Positions 23,527 through 24,348 of a stretch of 24,348 nt of DNA are shown in pieces. The translations under genes and the position numbers were made by a program. The number at the start of each line of letters is the position of its first letter. The first letter of the stretch is position 1. The stretch lies in contig CAXSGP010000073.1 of assembly GCA_964236955.1 (NCBI GenBank), forward strand, positions 1 to 24,348. The letters are read 5' to 3'. The DNA comes from an uncultured Oligoflexus sp. GTDB lineage: Bacteria; Bdellovibrionota_B; Oligoflexia; Oligoflexales; Oligoflexaceae. Below the pieces are notes generated by a model. That model saw only the letters and a list, made by a program, of their open reading frames with translations, was not told the origin of the DNA and did not search any database.

Positions 23527-24348
23527 GGTTTCACGTGGAATATCGGTCTCCAAAAGCGGGGGAATGTTCCACGTGGAACGTCGGGGCAATAAAAGGACGA
23601 ACATTTTGGTCCCAAATAGGAGGGAAATGTTCCAGGTGGAACATCTGGATCCTAAAATGATGAATGTTTCAGTGAAAAATAGCTCACTATAAGCAGCGGG
23701 AATGTTTCACGTGAAACATTAGTCTCTAAAAGTAGGGAAGTGTTCCACGTGGAACATCAGAGTTTGGAAATGGGGAATGTTTCAAATTGCCGCACGTTTC
23801 GCGTGAAATATTGTTCTCTGAAAGCATGGAGATGTTCCACGTGGAACATCTGGATCTCAAAATGACGAACGTTTCAGTGAAAAATAGGTCTCTAAAAGCA
23901 AGGGAATGTTCCACGTGGAACATCGGTCCCAATTTGGAGGAAAATGTTCCACGTGGAACATCGGGTTCCCAATATGACGAATGTTTCACGTGGAACATCG
24001 GTCTCGATTAGGAGGGAAATGTTCCACGTGGAACATCGGGTTCCCAAAATGACGAACGTTTCACGTGGAACATCGGTCTCGATTAAGAGGGGAATGTTCC
24101 ACGTGGAACATCGGGTCCCCAAAATGACGAACGTTTCACGTGGAACATTGGTCTCGATTAGGAGGGAAATGTTTCACGTGGAACATCGGGTGTCCAAAAT
24201 GACGAACGTTTCACGTGGAACATCGGTCTTGATTAGGAGGGGAATGTTCCACGTGGCACATCGGGTATCCAAAATGACGAACGTTTAACGTAAAACATCG
24301 GTCCCAATGTGGAGGGAAATGTTCCACGTGGAACATCGGGTTCTCAAA
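23527..24348. repeat. Tandem parS array (ParB loading sites), at least 21 sites, 37/38-bp spacing, continues past the window edge
   Basis: Matches to YGTTYCACGTGRAACR start at 23565, 23703, 23741, 23833, 23907, 23945, 23982, 24020, 24057, 24095, 24132, 24170, 24207, 24320. Degenerate copies at 23527, 23628, 23665, 23795, 23870, 24245, 24282. Confidence 0.95.

Noticed and set aside
23471..24288. ORFs with repeated MFHVEH / VSRGT / CSTWN peptides, including the 25-aa repeat ORF 23944-24288
   Set aside because: These peptides are the parS palindrome read in different frames; the 75-bp unit is a multiple of three, so frames stay open on both strands. The AGGAGG in linker B is only about 3 nt from the ATG.
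23527..24348. CRISPR array interpretation of the regularly spaced palindromes
   Set aside because: The repeat is only 16 bp and matches parS; the 21-22 bp linkers are two recurring sequences rather than unique spacers; no cas genes in the window.

Overview
Chromosomal replication-origin region of a Gram-negative bacterium; gene content and order suggest Bdellovibrionota/Oligoflexia or a deltaproteobacterial relative (inference). On the minus strand: dnaA - oriC (nine clustered DnaA boxes, one isolated box, five DnaA-trios, AT-rich DUE) - dnaN - gyrB - gyrA - gatC - gatA - gatB - serine hydrolase - FAD oxidoreductase, tightly coupled and without recF. Further left: pyrG - kdsD - lptC - lptA - lptB (partial), without kdsA or kdsC. 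Between these blocks is a plus-strand pair of uncharacterised envelope proteins (putative lipoprotein and putative outer-membrane beta-barrel). Divergent from dnaA is a partial ATP synthase cluster (atpZ-like, atpI-like, atpB, atpE). The most striking structure is at the right end: a parS palindrome that also forms the atpE terminator hairpin, about 1.2 kb of AT-rich DNA with phased T-tracts, then a satellite-like array of at least 21 parS or parS-like sites on a 37/38-bp alternating (75-bp dimer) period that runs off the window edge.
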